Assembly (NCBI GenBank): GCA_023229425.1
Contig: JALNZG010000006.1
Coordinates: 117,130 to 181,129, forward strand
Length of the DNA stretch: 64,000 bases
Source: Ignavibacteriaceae bacterium
GTDB lineage: Bacteria; Bacteroidota; Ignavibacteria; Ignavibacteriales; Ignavibacteriaceae
Reading direction: 5' to 3'
This document shows, one piece after another, positions 41,553-51,806 of this stretch. Positions within the stretch are counted from its first letter, which is position 1. Each line of letters begins with the position of its first letter. The translations under genes and the position numbers were made by a program. The notes beneath the pieces were generated by a model. It was not told where the DNA came from. It saw only the letters and a program-made list of their open reading frames with translations, and did no database searches.

Positions 41553-42430
41553 TAAATTATTTCGTCGTATTTTCCGGCGTGCGGCGGGTCAATCTCCTTT
41601 AACGTTTTGAAAATAGATTTATCATGGTAATCTTTTAAGTACTCAATAATCTCTTGATATTTCGCATCAAAAAATACTTTAATAAAAATACTTCGCAGAT
41701 CAATTTTTGATTTCAATGACTGCAAAACATTTATAAGAGAAACTATCCTTTTCTGCCCGTTGTTTTTATTCACTTCAAAAAGATCAACCCCGTAATGATA
41801 TTCAGAAATAGCTTCACGGAAAGGTCTGAACCGCTCATTTAGAATATCCTCGACTAAATCGCGCCGGTTATAAGTTCCCGAACTTTTATCCCAACCTTTA
41901 CTGTATTTACTACTCAAAGCGAGATGAACAATGTCAAGGGCTTTTGTAAAAACCGGAGTGCCGCTCATTTGTTCCCACGAATCATTATCCATTCCTAAAA
42001 TTAGGTAAGCGTAATAATCTAAAAAACTTGTTATTGAATTGTTTACCATCGGATTAAAATAGAGCGCTTGATTTTTTTCGTAACTGAAATTCCAATTGTT
42101 ATCGAGGATCGTCAACATCGGGGAATTTTTAGTTGAATTGTAAACCGGTCTCTGGCTGCCGACAAAAACTTGAGCCGTGTAAGAAATTTCATCCGCGGCA
42201 GTTAAGAAAAAAATTGTGAAAGTACATTTTATTTTGGGGTTGTTCCATGTAGCGCCTGTAAACCGGTTGTTATTTAAATAATCTTGAACCGTCTGAGCAA
42301 AGTTCACAAGACTTTCTTTGTTAATAACGGGGAGATTTTCATATTGAACGGTGACCGTTGCCTGTAGTTCCTGCGCTTTTAATGAAAAGGTTAAGAGCAC
42401 AAGTAAACCAAGAATAAACTTCATAATCAT
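41546..42430 (-). CDS. DUF4835 family protein (T9SS PorD-like)
   Basis: AQELQATVTV, SQRPVYNS, DYYAYLILGMDNDS. Confidence 0.8.
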   Translation of the reverse strand: MIMKFILGLLVLLTFSLKAQELQATVTVQYENLPVINKESLVNFAQTVQDYLNNNRFTGATWNNPKIKCTFTIFFLTAADEISYTAQVFVGSQRPVYNSTKNSPMLTILDNNWNFSYEKNQALYFNPMVNNSITSFLDYYAYLILGMDNDSWEQMSGTPVFTKALDIVHLALSSKYSKGWDKSSGTYNRRDLVEDILNERFRPFREAISEYHYGVDLFEVNKNNGQKRIVSLINVLQSLKSKIDLRSIFIKVFFDAKYQEIIEYLKDYHDKSIFKTLKEIDPPHAGKYDEIIYQ

Positions 42431-42719
42431 TCCTCAAATTCAGTTTTACAGAGCAGAAATTTTTTACTATGAAATCTTACTAAAAATATCGGTAAAAAGA
42501 AAGGATGAAATTGGAAATGTTGTAACTTCCAAACTGCTGAAGTTATATTATTTTTAGTGCCATGCGCATGAATCCTAAATTAGAAATAAACTCAATTATA
42601 TCAGAAAAATTATTTATCTTTATTCAAGACATTGGTCAACTAATGTTTTCTCGAAAGATTTATTTTATTTCCATAAATCTCTTTAGAACCGGTTAGATAA
42701 CTAACTCATAGATACTATA

Positions 42720-42983
42720 ATGAATATAACATTAATCAGCGCATCTGATTTGCCGGGATTTCAATTCAGGAACATAGTAGGTTTTAACAGCTATGTTTTT
42801 ATGAGGGTAGCTCCAAGCCAAAATAACCTGATACTTTTATTAGTTGATGGTGATTTGAAGAATTATGACGCCAACAATGATTTTGGTTATCCTATCTCAG
42901 GTATGTATAAATCTTTAGAAAAAGCTGATCTTGCCGGGGCAGAAGGAGATAATTATTGGACGAATGAGAGGAGGATTAAATGA
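42720..42983 (+). CDS. Short hypothetical ORF, possibly a gene fragment
   Basis: 87 aa, stop overlaps the next ATG; no family recognised. Confidence 0.3.
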   Translation: MNITLISASDLPGFQFRNIVGFNSYVFMRVAPSQNNLILLLVDGDLKNYDANNDFGYPISGMYKSLEKADLAGAEGDNYWTNERRIK

Positions 42984-43354
42984 AAAAATTTTTTACCGCA
43001 CAATCGCAAAGTTCAACTAAAGCTACCTCTAAAATTGTACTCATCTACTTAATCGTCAGCGTTCTATGGATTTTCTTTTCAGATAGCCTCATCAGTAGTT
43101 TAGGACTCTCTCTTTTTATCCAAACAATAGTTTCAATTATTAAAGGATGGGGTTTCGTAATTGTTACTTCCATGCTTCTTTATTATTTGATTAGGAAAAG
43201 TACCGGTCATATCATCGATGAACATAATATGTTTACCAAAATTGTGGAAACGGTTCCCGTCGGGATAGCATTCGCGAGTAAAGAAAGCTTAACTAACACA
43301 AAGGGAAAAAGTGGTTTTTTATTTTTCCTTGTATATCTTTTAAGAATAAAATGA
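42980..43354 (+). pseudogene. Truncated membrane sensor N-terminus
   Basis: Strong GAGGAGG RBS; IVLIYLIVSVLWIFFSD...KGWGFVIVTSMLLYYLI, then a PAS start (IVETVPVGI) that breaks off. Confidence 0.6.
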
Positions 43355-43373
43355 AAATAGGATATAGAACGAT

Positions 43374-46004
43374 ATGCCAACTATTCAATACGGCCAAATA
43401 TTCATACTTCTTTTTCAATGTTTAATAGTTGCATCACTTCTATTATTCCTGTTCCGATTACGCACAGTATTTGGATTAGGTTTACTATTTACTGCATTGG
43501 GCGTTTTTCAGTATTTGCAGGTGTTTCTTGCCGGTACACTTTACATTGAAGTTGCGCCTGGTATTTTAGTTTCGCCCGGATCAACAGTAATGTTCAGCGG
43601 AAGTCTTTTTGCAATACTTCTAATTTACATTCGTGAAGATGCTATTGAAGCGCGCAAAGTAATTTATGCCATTCTTGCTGCTAACCTTGTTTTAACTTTT
43701 CTACAAATTGTATTTAGCTGGAATTTAGAAGGAGACGGAGTTAAAAATATTTATAGTCTGCCAAAAGAATTATTTACTCAAAATGCACGTGTACTAATAG
43801 TTGGAACTTTAGTTCTTTTCTTTGATTCTTTCATTGTGATTATTTTGTACGAAGTTATATCGCGGTATGTTTCTGTTCTTTTTTTACGTATCCTCTTTTC
43901 GATGGCAGTGGTACTCAGCATTGATTCATTGCTTTTTTCTTTTGGTGCATTCGGTGGGACAAATCAATTCCTAAGCATTTTAGTTTCGGGATTGATCTCA
44001 AAAAACTCTGCCGCATTAGTTTACTCGGTTTTATTTACAATTTACCTTGTTTATTTAGATAAGGACTTACACAAAAAAGTAGTTAATGCTGGTTCATTTA
44101 AGGATATATTTTATTCTCTAAGCTTCCGGCAAAAATATGAACATGTTTTTCAGGAAAAGGAAATTCAGAAAATAGAACTGCAGAAAAGCGAAGATTACAA
44201 CCGCCTGTTATTCAATACTTCTCCTATCGGTTTGGCACTTTGCAGAATGGATGGCTCGCTTATAGATGTTAACCCTGCTTTTGCAAAAATTATTGGCAGA
44301 ACTATTGATGAAACATTGAAACTAACTTATTGGGATATCACACCGGAGAAATATGCCGCACAAGAAGAATTGCAGTTAAAAAGTTTAGAAGAAACCGGCA
44401 GATACGAATCTAATGAAAAAGAATACATACATAAAGATGGGCATCTCGTGCCTGTTCGATTACACGGTTTAATTATTGAAAGGAAGGGTGTAAAATTTAT
44501 TTGGTCAAGCGTTGAAGATATTACTGAACGCAAAAAGACAGAAGAAGTTTTACATTACCACCGAACCTTGTTAGCTGAAATGGGTAAAGTTGCAAAAATA
44601 GGCGGATGGGAATTCGATGTCGCAACCGGTAAGGGAACGTGGACTGAAGAAACTGCAAGAATTCATGATCTTGACCCGAACGATGAGACAAATATGGAAC
44701 GCGGATTAAGTTTTTATAAGGATGAATCCCGCTCAAAGATTGTTGATGCAATTAAAGAAGCGATTGAGTTTGGCAGATCATATAAACTTGAACTTGAACT
44801 AATAACGGAAAAGAACATTCATAAATGGGTTCAAACAATAGGGCATCCCCAAATTGCTAATGGAAAGGTTATTCATGTGCGCGGTTCTTTTCAGGATATC
44901 ACCGAACGCAAACTGGCAGAAGTAGCATTATCTGAGGCACATGAACAATACCGGCAGGCTCTTACACAAGCTAAAGCAGTTCCCTATCTTCGATATTATC
45001 ATGAGAACCATTATAATTTTATTGGTGATGACATTTTCAAGTACACCGGTTATCCAGCTCATGAATTTCTTCCTTCACTATGGAAAGAACTGCGGCAGGA
45101 AGTTGTTATGATTGGCGAATGTGCCGGATTAACTATAGAAGAAGCAGGAGACCAAATCAGGGAGGGTAAGCGTTCAAAGTGGCTTGCTGATTATAAAATT
45201 CGTACCAAGAACGGCGAAATCCGGTGGATAAATGATTCTTCTGTACAAATCAAAGATCAACAGGGAAAAATAATTGGTGCTCTTGGAGTGCTGCAGGATA
45301 TTACCGAGCGCAAAAAAACCGAAGAAGAAATCAATAAATCGCGCGATGAGTTACGCTCATTATCAGTTCACTTACAAAACATTCGCGAAGAAGAGAGAAC
45401 AAATTTGGCAAGAGAAATGCACGATGAAATTGGGCAGATTCTTACTTCAATCAAAATGAATTTATCCTTAATGAAAAGACAAGTAGGGAATAGAGAAAAG
45501 AAGTTTCAAAGAGAAGAGTTAGATAAAGAAATAAAGTCCATGTCGGAAATGGTGGATCATGCAGTGGTTCGTGTTAGAAAAATGATAACTGAGCTGAGGC
45601 CTGAACTTTTAGATAAATTAGGACTGATCCCAGCTCTTGAATGGTATGTTGAAGAATATGAAAAGGAGACAAAAATAAAATGTAAGTTCAAAAGTGATTT
45701 TGAAGAACTATTGCTCGATCATAATGTAGAATTAACAATATTCAGAATAGTTCAAGAAGCATTAACAAATGTTACAAAGCATTCAAAAGCAAAGAACGTA
45801 ACTGTAAATATTAAAAAAACCGAAACAGAAATAGTTGTTGAGATAATTGATAATGGAATCGGTATTTCAAAAGAAAAATTAAAAGTGGAAAAATCTTTCG
45901 GTTTACTTGGAATGCGTGAGCGCGCTAATCTTGTTGGTGGAAAAATTGAGATATCTGGAATCACTGGTAAGGGAACGACGGTTAAATTAGTTATTAGCAA
46001 TTAG
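43374..46004 (+). CDS. Membrane PAS-domain sensor histidine kinase (HisKA_3/NarX type)
   Basis: Multi-TM N-terminus, three PAS/PAC units ending DITERK, EERTNLAREMHDEIGQ, QEALTNV, DNGIG, FGLLGMRERA. Confidence 0.92.
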   Translation: MPTIQYGQIFILLFQCLIVASLLLFLFRLRTVFGLGLLFTALGVFQYLQVFLAGTLYIEVAPGILVSPGSTVMFSGSLFAILLIYIREDAIEARKVIYAILAANLVLTFLQIVFSWNLEGDGVKNIYSLPKELFTQNARVLIVGTLVLFFDSFIVIILYEVISRYVSVLFLRILFSMAVVLSIDSLLFSFGAFGGTNQFLSILVSGLISKNSAALVYSVLFTIYLVYLDKDLHKKVVNAGSFKDIFYSLSFRQKYEHVFQEKEIQKIELQKSEDYNRLLFNTSPIGLALCRMDGSLIDVNPAFAKIIGRTIDETLKLTYWDITPEKYAAQEELQLKSLEETGRYESNEKEYIHKDGHLVPVRLHGLIIERKGVKFIWSSVEDITERKKTEEVLHYHRTLLAEMGKVAKIGGWEFDVATGKGTWTEETARIHDLDPNDETNMERGLSFYKDESRSKIVDAIKEAIEFGRSYKLELELITEKNIHKWVQTIGHPQIANGKVIHVRGSFQDITERKLAEVALSEAHEQYRQALTQAKAVPYLRYYHENHYNFIGDDIFKYTGYPAHEFLPSLWKELRQEVVMIGECAGLTIEEAGDQIREGKRSKWLADYKIRTKNGEIRWINDSSVQIKDQQGKIIGALGVLQDITERKKTEEEINKSRDELRSLSVHLQNIREEERTNLAREMHDEIGQILTSIKMNLSLMKRQVGNREKKFQREELDKEIKSMSEMVDHAVVRVRKMITELRPELLDKLGLIPALEWYVEEYEKETKIKCKFKSDFEELLLDHNVELTIFRIVQEALTNVTKHSKAKNVTVNIKKTETEIVVEIIDNGIGISKEKLKVEKSFGLLGMRERANLVGGKIEISGITGKGTTVKLVISN

Positions 46005-46083
46005 TTCTTTGGAAAAATTATTTGCTAACTTAAAGTTGATAAAAAGAATTGTATATTTCTAAAAATATTTATTTGGTTTTACA

Positions 46084-46716
46084 ATGATTAACGTCTTTAT
46101 AGCTGATGATCATACTTTGATCCGCGAAGGTATAAAAAAACTTCTTGCCCAAGAAATAGATATTAAGCTTGTAGGTGAAACTTCAAATCCATTTGAGGTT
46201 GTAGATCAAATTGTTAAAAGTAAGTGTGATATTTTAATTCTTGATTTATCTATGCCCGGTAAAAGCGGACTTGATGTTCTAAAAGAAATTAAAGTCCTCG
46301 TCCCTCAAGTAAAAGTTTTAATTATGACTATGCTTCCGGAAGATCAATTTGCAAAACGAACACTTAAAGCCGGCGCTTCAGGATATATTACTAAAGACCG
46401 CGCAGGGGACGAATTAATTACGGCAATTCGCCGGGTTGCAGACGGTAGAAAATATGTAAGTCAATCATTAACTGAACTGCTCGTTGATGATCTTGACGGC
46501 ACTTCTCAAAAACCACTACATGAAATTTTATCTGACCGTGAATTCCAGATTCTTAAAATGATGGCAAAAGGAAAAACTCAAACAGCTATTGCAGACGAGC
46601 TTTCCATCAGCATTTCTACAGTTAATACCTATCGCAGCAGAATCTTCGAAAAACTTAATTTACACTCAAATGCCGAGTTGATCCACTTTGCATTTCAAAA
46701 TAATTTGACTGAGTAA
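46084..46716 (+). CDS. NarL/FixJ family response regulator
   Basis: IADDH, LDLSMPG, GYITK, LSDREFQIL...TVNTYRSRI HTH. Confidence 0.95.
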   Translation: MINVFIADDHTLIREGIKKLLAQEIDIKLVGETSNPFEVVDQIVKSKCDILILDLSMPGKSGLDVLKEIKVLVPQVKVLIMTMLPEDQFAKRTLKAGASGYITKDRAGDELITAIRRVADGRKYVSQSLTELLVDDLDGTSQKPLHEILSDREFQILKMMAKGKTQTAIADELSISISTVNTYRSRIFEKLNLHSNAELIHFAFQNNLTE

Positions 46717-46724
46717 CTACTCTC

Positions 46725-46742
46725 TGTAGTAAAATTACTACA
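46725..46742. promoter_or_regulatory. Candidate response-regulator operator 1
   Basis: Inverted repeat TGTAGTAA-AA-TTACTACA. Confidence 0.6.
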
Positions 46743-46818
46743 AATATTTACCTTCCATTGCTACATTACTTTTTTCTCTTCTTTTTTACTTTAGTATAAA
46801 GAAAATGCACAATAATAA

Positions 46819-47187
46819 ATGAAAAGAATTATAATAGTAGACGATTCGGCAACTCTAAGAAGGGATTTTAAAAAACTCCTTAAACCCATAAAGGGTATAG
46901 AGGTAGTCGGTGAAGCAATTGATGCAGAAAGTGCATTGAGGCAATGCCATGAGTTAAAACCAGATATAATGATCCTTGATATTAATCTAAAAAACGGTAG
47001 TGGAATTGATGTGTTGGAAAAGATGAAAAAATGCCCCCAATCTCCAATCACTATCATGTTCACAAATTATTCTAAGGGCGAATTCCAAAAAGCGACTAAA
47101 CGTCTTGGCGCCGATTATTTTTTTGATAAGACCAATGATATAGAGGAATTGGTCGCCACCTTAACAAATTTATCTTCGAAGCAATAA
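46819..47187 (+). CDS. Single-domain response regulator
   Basis: IVDDS, ILDINL, MFTN, FFDK. Confidence 0.9.
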   Translation: MKRIIIVDDSATLRRDFKKLLKPIKGIEVVGEAIDAESALRQCHELKPDIMILDINLKNGSGIDVLEKMKKCPQSPITIMFTNYSKGEFQKATKRLGADYFFDKTNDIEELVATLTNLSSKQ

Positions 47188-47196
47188 TCGTCATAC

Positions 47197-47214
47197 TGTC
47201 GTAAAGCTACTACA
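47197..47214. promoter_or_regulatory. Candidate response-regulator operator 2
   Basis: TGTCGTAAAGCTACTACA, 15/18 match to operator 1. Confidence 0.55.
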
Positions 47215-47321
47215 TAAAAATTCCTTTTTTTCTACAACAGAATCAATAGTTACACGATACCCGTTATTTAGATCTAAAGTTAGATTGTTCACGGAAATTA
47301 AATAAAATATAAGAAATAAAA

Positions 47322-47717
47322 ATGACCATGAACATATTACTATTTGATAACTCGCCGGAAGTCAGAACAATGATCCAACGGAATCTTTTTCAGATTTCAC
47401 GTACCCTAAACATTGTTCTCGTCGAAAATATGTTATCCGCAAAGGAAGCCTTCAACAAAACCGTTTTTGATATTGCGATTATTGATATGGATAAATTAGA
47501 CGGAATATTTTCTCTATTTATTAAAACTGCACGAGATACTAATCCGGATATAGTTGTTATTCTTCTCTCTTCACTTCCATTTGTAAGGATATTTGAAATA
47601 TTTATAAATAAAGGCGCCGATTATTGTTTTGATAAAACGAATGAGTTCGAGGAGCTGATTAAAAAGATTGATGAGCTTTTAATAGAAAGTTATCAATTGA
47701 AAAAAGTAATTGGATAA
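47322..47717 (+). CDS. Single-domain response regulator, atypical acidic pocket
   Basis: LFDNS, IIDMD, GADYCFDK. Confidence 0.8.
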   Translation: MTMNILLFDNSPEVRTMIQRNLFQISRTLNIVLVENMLSAKEAFNKTVFDIAIIDMDKLDGIFSLFIKTARDTNPDIVVILLSSLPFVRIFEIFINKGADYCFDKTNEFEELIKKIDELLIESYQLKKVIG

Positions 47718-47729
47718 GGAAGAAAAACC

Positions 47730-50700
47730 ATGAACAAAGAATTAAAACACAATAGTAAACAAAACACGGCAGCAGAGCGAGCCGGGCAGCTTTCTAAATT
47801 ATTCGCACTGATAAGTATTTCTGTTGGAGCGCTGGTGCTTTTGGGGTGGACATTCGATATTCAATTGCTGAAAAGCGTTTTACCGGGGTTTGTTTCAATG
47901 AAAGCAAATGCAGCAATCGGATTTTTTCTTCTTGGCTACTTACTTATTCTGAATGGAAATAAAAAAATTGCCAGTTTGTATTCAAAAATTATTACAGTGT
48001 TTGTTTTATTACTTGGGCTGCTAACACTATTAGAGTATTTATTCAACATGAACGTTGGAATAGATCAACTTATTTTTCTTGATTCACCCGGCGCTGCACT
48101 AACTTCTAACCCCGGTAGGATGGCTCCAACGACAGCAGTTATGTTTATTTTACTTTCATCCGCATTAATCTTTTTTCAAAACCGGTTAGGGCACCGAACA
48201 GCTCAAGTTTTTTCTCTGTTTGTTATGGCAACCGGTTTTGTCTCTTTTATGGGTTATGCTTATAGTGTTAGTGCACTATTTCAATTTCACACATATACTG
48301 CAATGGCATTACACACGGCAATACTTTTTATTCTTCTCAGTTTGGGTATTCTTTTTTCAAAACCTCAAGTTGGGTTTATGAAAATTTTGTTAAGCAGAAA
48401 TGTTGGCGGTGCAATGATGCGAAGAATTTTACCTGTCGCTATCCTTTTGCCGTTTCTCATAGGATGGATTCATGTAAATTCTCAATACTTTGAATTGCTT
48501 CCGTTAGGAATAGCAGAAATTATCTTAGATGTAATAAATGTTACTCTGTTTTCAATCTTGATCTTTTGGCTTGCTAATTCGTTAAACATGGTTGATATAA
48601 AGCGCGAACAGGGGAAAGAAGAATTGATAAAACAGAATGCCGTGCTTAATGCTATTATCAATAACTCGCACTCTGTAATCATATTCATGTTAGATAAAAA
48701 TTATAGATACGTTGCTTTCAATGAGAACCACAAACTGGAAATGAAGAAAGTTTATAATGTTGAAATTGCAGTTGGAATGAAACTACTGGACTTAATTACA
48801 ATTCCAGAAGTAAAAGAAAAGGCGAAGGCAAGTATTGACCGCGTTCTTGCCGGCGAAACATTTGTAGAAACAGAAATCCAGCCGGATGTAAATATCTATT
48901 ATGAATTTCATTGGAACGTTGTTAAAAAAGAAGGAGAAATAATTGGCGCGTCTTGTTTTGTTATTGATATAACCGAACGGGAGAAAGCAGTGGAAAAAGT
49001 TCGTGAAAGCGAAATGAAGTATAGGCAATTATTTGATGATGATCTTTCCGGCAATTTCATTACTTCGGTTGATGGAACTATTCTGTTGGCTAATCCGGCA
49101 TTGGCTGGTATTTTCGGTTTTAAGACTGCGGGTGAAATGTGCGGTTTAAATATTGTTTCGTTTTATAAAAGCCCTAAAAGCCGGGAACCGTTTTTGAACC
49201 TTTTGCGCGAAAAGAAAAAGCTCGAAGACTTCGACCGAGAGTTTATCCGCCGTGATGGCAGCGTTCTTTCTGTTATAGAAAATGTGATTGGCGAGTTTGA
49301 CGAAAAAGGTGAATTGGTGCGAATAAAAGGATATCTGTTTGATAATACCCAGCGCAAACTTGCAGAAGAAGCTTTACAAGAAAGTGAAAAAAGCTACCGT
49401 AAATTTTTTGATGAAGATCTCACAGGCGATTTCAAATCCACACCAGATGGAAAGATGCTTATGTGTAATAGTGCTTTTGTTAGAATTGTTGGCTGTGACT
49501 CGGTTGAACAAGTTTTGCAGATAAACACCTGCGATTTCTATGTGGGGCAAGCCGATAGAATAGAATTTCTGAATAAATTAAAGGAAAAAGGGAAGCTTGA
49601 ACTTTATGAAGCAACTTTGCGCGGCTGTGACGGAAGAATAATCCATGTTATAGAAAACGTTCTTGGCAAATATAACGAGAAAGGAGAATTAGTTGAAATT
49701 TCCGGTTATCTGTTCGATATAACCGATCGTAAAAAAGCAGAACTCGATTTAATCGAATCCGGGAAAAAATACAGGCAGCTAATTGAGAACGCTTCCGAAA
49801 TTATTTTACTTACTGATAAAAATGGTAATTTCACTTTTGCAAATGATGCTGCTCTAAAATTTTCAGGCTATACCTTTGAAGAAATGACCTCATTTAATTT
49901 TTTGGATTTAGTGCATAAAGACCACAAGAAAAAAGTGAGTACCTTTTATTATCGTCAGTTAATCAGAAAGGATGAAACGACGAGTCTCCAATTTCCCTTT
50001 TATACTAAAGATAGATCATTCAAATGGTTAGAACAGAATGTTAAATTATTGACGGAAGGGGAAAAAATTACCGGCTTTCAATTAATAGCCCGTGATATAA
50101 CCAAACGAAAAGAAGCAGAAGAAAAAGTTCTACTGCTCTCACGTGCTGTAGAAAAAAGTCCGGCTACAATAATGATAACTGATGCAGAAGGTAATATCGA
50201 ATATGTTAACCAGAAGTTCATTGATTTGACCGGTTATACATTTGAAGAAGTAAAAGGGAAAAATCCTCGAATATTAAAATCGGGCGAAAAATCAGAAGAA
50301 GAATACAAAGAACTTTGGAAAACGATAAAATCCGGCAAAGAGTGGCGCGGTGAATTTCATAATAGGAAAAAGAACGGTGAACTCTATTGGGAATCCGCAT
50401 CCATTGTACAGATCAAAAATGGTAAAACTTTTTATCTTGCTGTAAAAGAAGATATAACCGAACGTAAACTTGTAGAAGAAGAACTTATTAAAGCAAAGGA
50501 AATAGCCGAGCAGTCAAATAAATTGAAAGATTCCTTTATAGCAAATATCTCACATGAAATTAGAACTCCACTCAACGGCATTTTGGGAATGACGAGCATC
50601 ATTAAAGAAATTTATTCACCGAACATTAACGGTGATGAAGTAGAGTACTTCACGGCAATTAATAAATCCAGTGAGAGGATTATCAGAACAATTGATTTAA

Positions 50701-51635
50701 TACTAAATTATTCCCAGTTGGAAACCAGAACATTTACTTTTATTCCTAAACAAATTGAACTTTCAACTATTTGCAAGAGTTTGGTAAGTAAATTTGGTGT
50801 CGCCGCCAAATCTAAATCACTCTCTCTTTCATTTGACAATAAATTAGGGCAAGTATTTATAGCGGCAAGCGAGTATTCCATTACCCAGGTAATCTCCAAC
50901 TTAATAGAAAATGCGATCATCTACACTAAGTCTGGGTTTGTTAAAGTGCATCTTTATCAAAGTGCACAAGATGAAATTATGCTTGATGTAATTGACAGCG
51001 GTATTGGCATTAGCAGTAAATATTTAGATCACATCTTTGAACCCTATAGACAAGAGGAAATGGGTTACGGCAGACCTTACGAAGGTCTCGGACTCGGACT
51101 TGCGTTAGTCAAAAAGATTTTGGATTTACACAATGCAACCACCTCGGTGAAAAGCAAAAAGGGAGAGGGAACAACCTTTACAATTAATTTCGTTAAGAGC
51201 TTGCAAATCGTTGAAGAGTTAACCGCCAAACAAAATATTGCCACTAAAGTTGAAATTACTTCAACTAAAATTGACTGCTTAGTTCTCATTGTAGAAGATG
51301 ACGTAATAAATCAAAGTATAATTAAAAAATTTATTAACAGAAAATATAACACCCTCGTTGCCGACTCCCACGATAGCGTGATGGAGATTTTAAAAAATAA
51401 TAAAGTTGATTTAATTTTAATGGATATCTCTCTTCAAGGGTCAAAGGATGGATTAGAAATAACCAAAGAGTTAAAAGTCTCGAGAGAATATAAACAAATA
51501 CCGATTATTGCAGCAACTGCACACACACTTGAACGCGACCATAAGGCAGTGATGGCAGCTGGTTGCGATGATTATCTTGCAAAACCATTTTCTATGAATC
51601 AATTGCTTGGTAAAATAGATAAGTTTATGCAATAA
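47730..51635 (+). CDS. Hybrid multi-PAS sensor histidine kinase / response regulator
   Basis: Multi-TM N-terminus, about five PAS units, ISHEIRTPLNGI, NLIENA, DSGIG, GLGLGL, receiver VEDD...MDISL...AKP. Confidence 0.93.
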   Translation: MNKELKHNSKQNTAAERAGQLSKLFALISISVGALVLLGWTFDIQLLKSVLPGFVSMKANAAIGFFLLGYLLILNGNKKIASLYSKIITVFVLLLGLLTLLEYLFNMNVGIDQLIFLDSPGAALTSNPGRMAPTTAVMFILLSSALIFFQNRLGHRTAQVFSLFVMATGFVSFMGYAYSVSALFQFHTYTAMALHTAILFILLSLGILFSKPQVGFMKILLSRNVGGAMMRRILPVAILLPFLIGWIHVNSQYFELLPLGIAEIILDVINVTLFSILIFWLANSLNMVDIKREQGKEELIKQNAVLNAIINNSHSVIIFMLDKNYRYVAFNENHKLEMKKVYNVEIAVGMKLLDLITIPEVKEKAKASIDRVLAGETFVETEIQPDVNIYYEFHWNVVKKEGEIIGASCFVIDITEREKAVEKVRESEMKYRQLFDDDLSGNFITSVDGTILLANPALAGIFGFKTAGEMCGLNIVSFYKSPKSREPFLNLLREKKKLEDFDREFIRRDGSVLSVIENVIGEFDEKGELVRIKGYLFDNTQRKLAEEALQESEKSYRKFFDEDLTGDFKSTPDGKMLMCNSAFVRIVGCDSVEQVLQINTCDFYVGQADRIEFLNKLKEKGKLELYEATLRGCDGRIIHVIENVLGKYNEKGELVEISGYLFDITDRKKAELDLIESGKKYRQLIENASEIILLTDKNGNFTFANDAALKFSGYTFEEMTSFNFLDLVHKDHKKKVSTFYYRQLIRKDETTSLQFPFYTKDRSFKWLEQNVKLLTEGEKITGFQLIARDITKRKEAEEKVLLLSRAVEKSPATIMITDAEGNIEYVNQKFIDLTGYTFEEVKGKNPRILKSGEKSEEEYKELWKTIKSGKEWRGEFHNRKKNGELYWESASIVQIKNGKTFYLAVKEDITERKLVEEELIKAKEIAEQSNKLKDSFIANISHEIRTPLNGILGMTSIIKEIYSPNINGDEVEYFTAINKSSERIIRTIDLILNYSQLETRTFTFIPKQIELSTICKSLVSKFGVAAKSKSLSLSFDNKLGQVFIAASEYSITQVISNLIENAIIYTKSGFVKVHLYQSAQDEIMLDVIDSGIGISSKYLDHIFEPYRQEEMGYGRPYEGLGLGLALVKKILDLHNATTSVKSKKGEGTTFTINFVKSLQIVEELTAKQNIATKVEITSTKIDCLVLIVEDDVINQSIIKKFINRKYNTLVADSHDSVMEILKNNKVDLILMDISLQGSKDGLEITKELKVSREYKQIPIIAATAHTLERDHKAVMAAGCDDYLAKPFSMNQLLGKIDKFMQ

Positions 51636-51806
51636 TCGTTGCCTCTTGCCATAAAATACTTGCCATTTTCGCAAAGGATTTTACACTCTCGAAATGTCTG
51701 CTATCGCATAATTGGGATTTATATTCCTTTCCAATTAATAAAACCTTTTCATTCCTTTCAGAATTGTTTAATTTTGAATCCACAAAGATAATGGAAGAAA
51801 GTTTTT

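Noticed and set aside
43280..43373. preQ1 riboswitch before the VUT-like kinase (or before tgt)
   Set aside because: No recognisable preQ1 aptamer stem with A-rich tail
49010..49740. Similar adjacent segments in the hybrid kinase
   Set aside because: Ordinary diverged PAS-domain duplication
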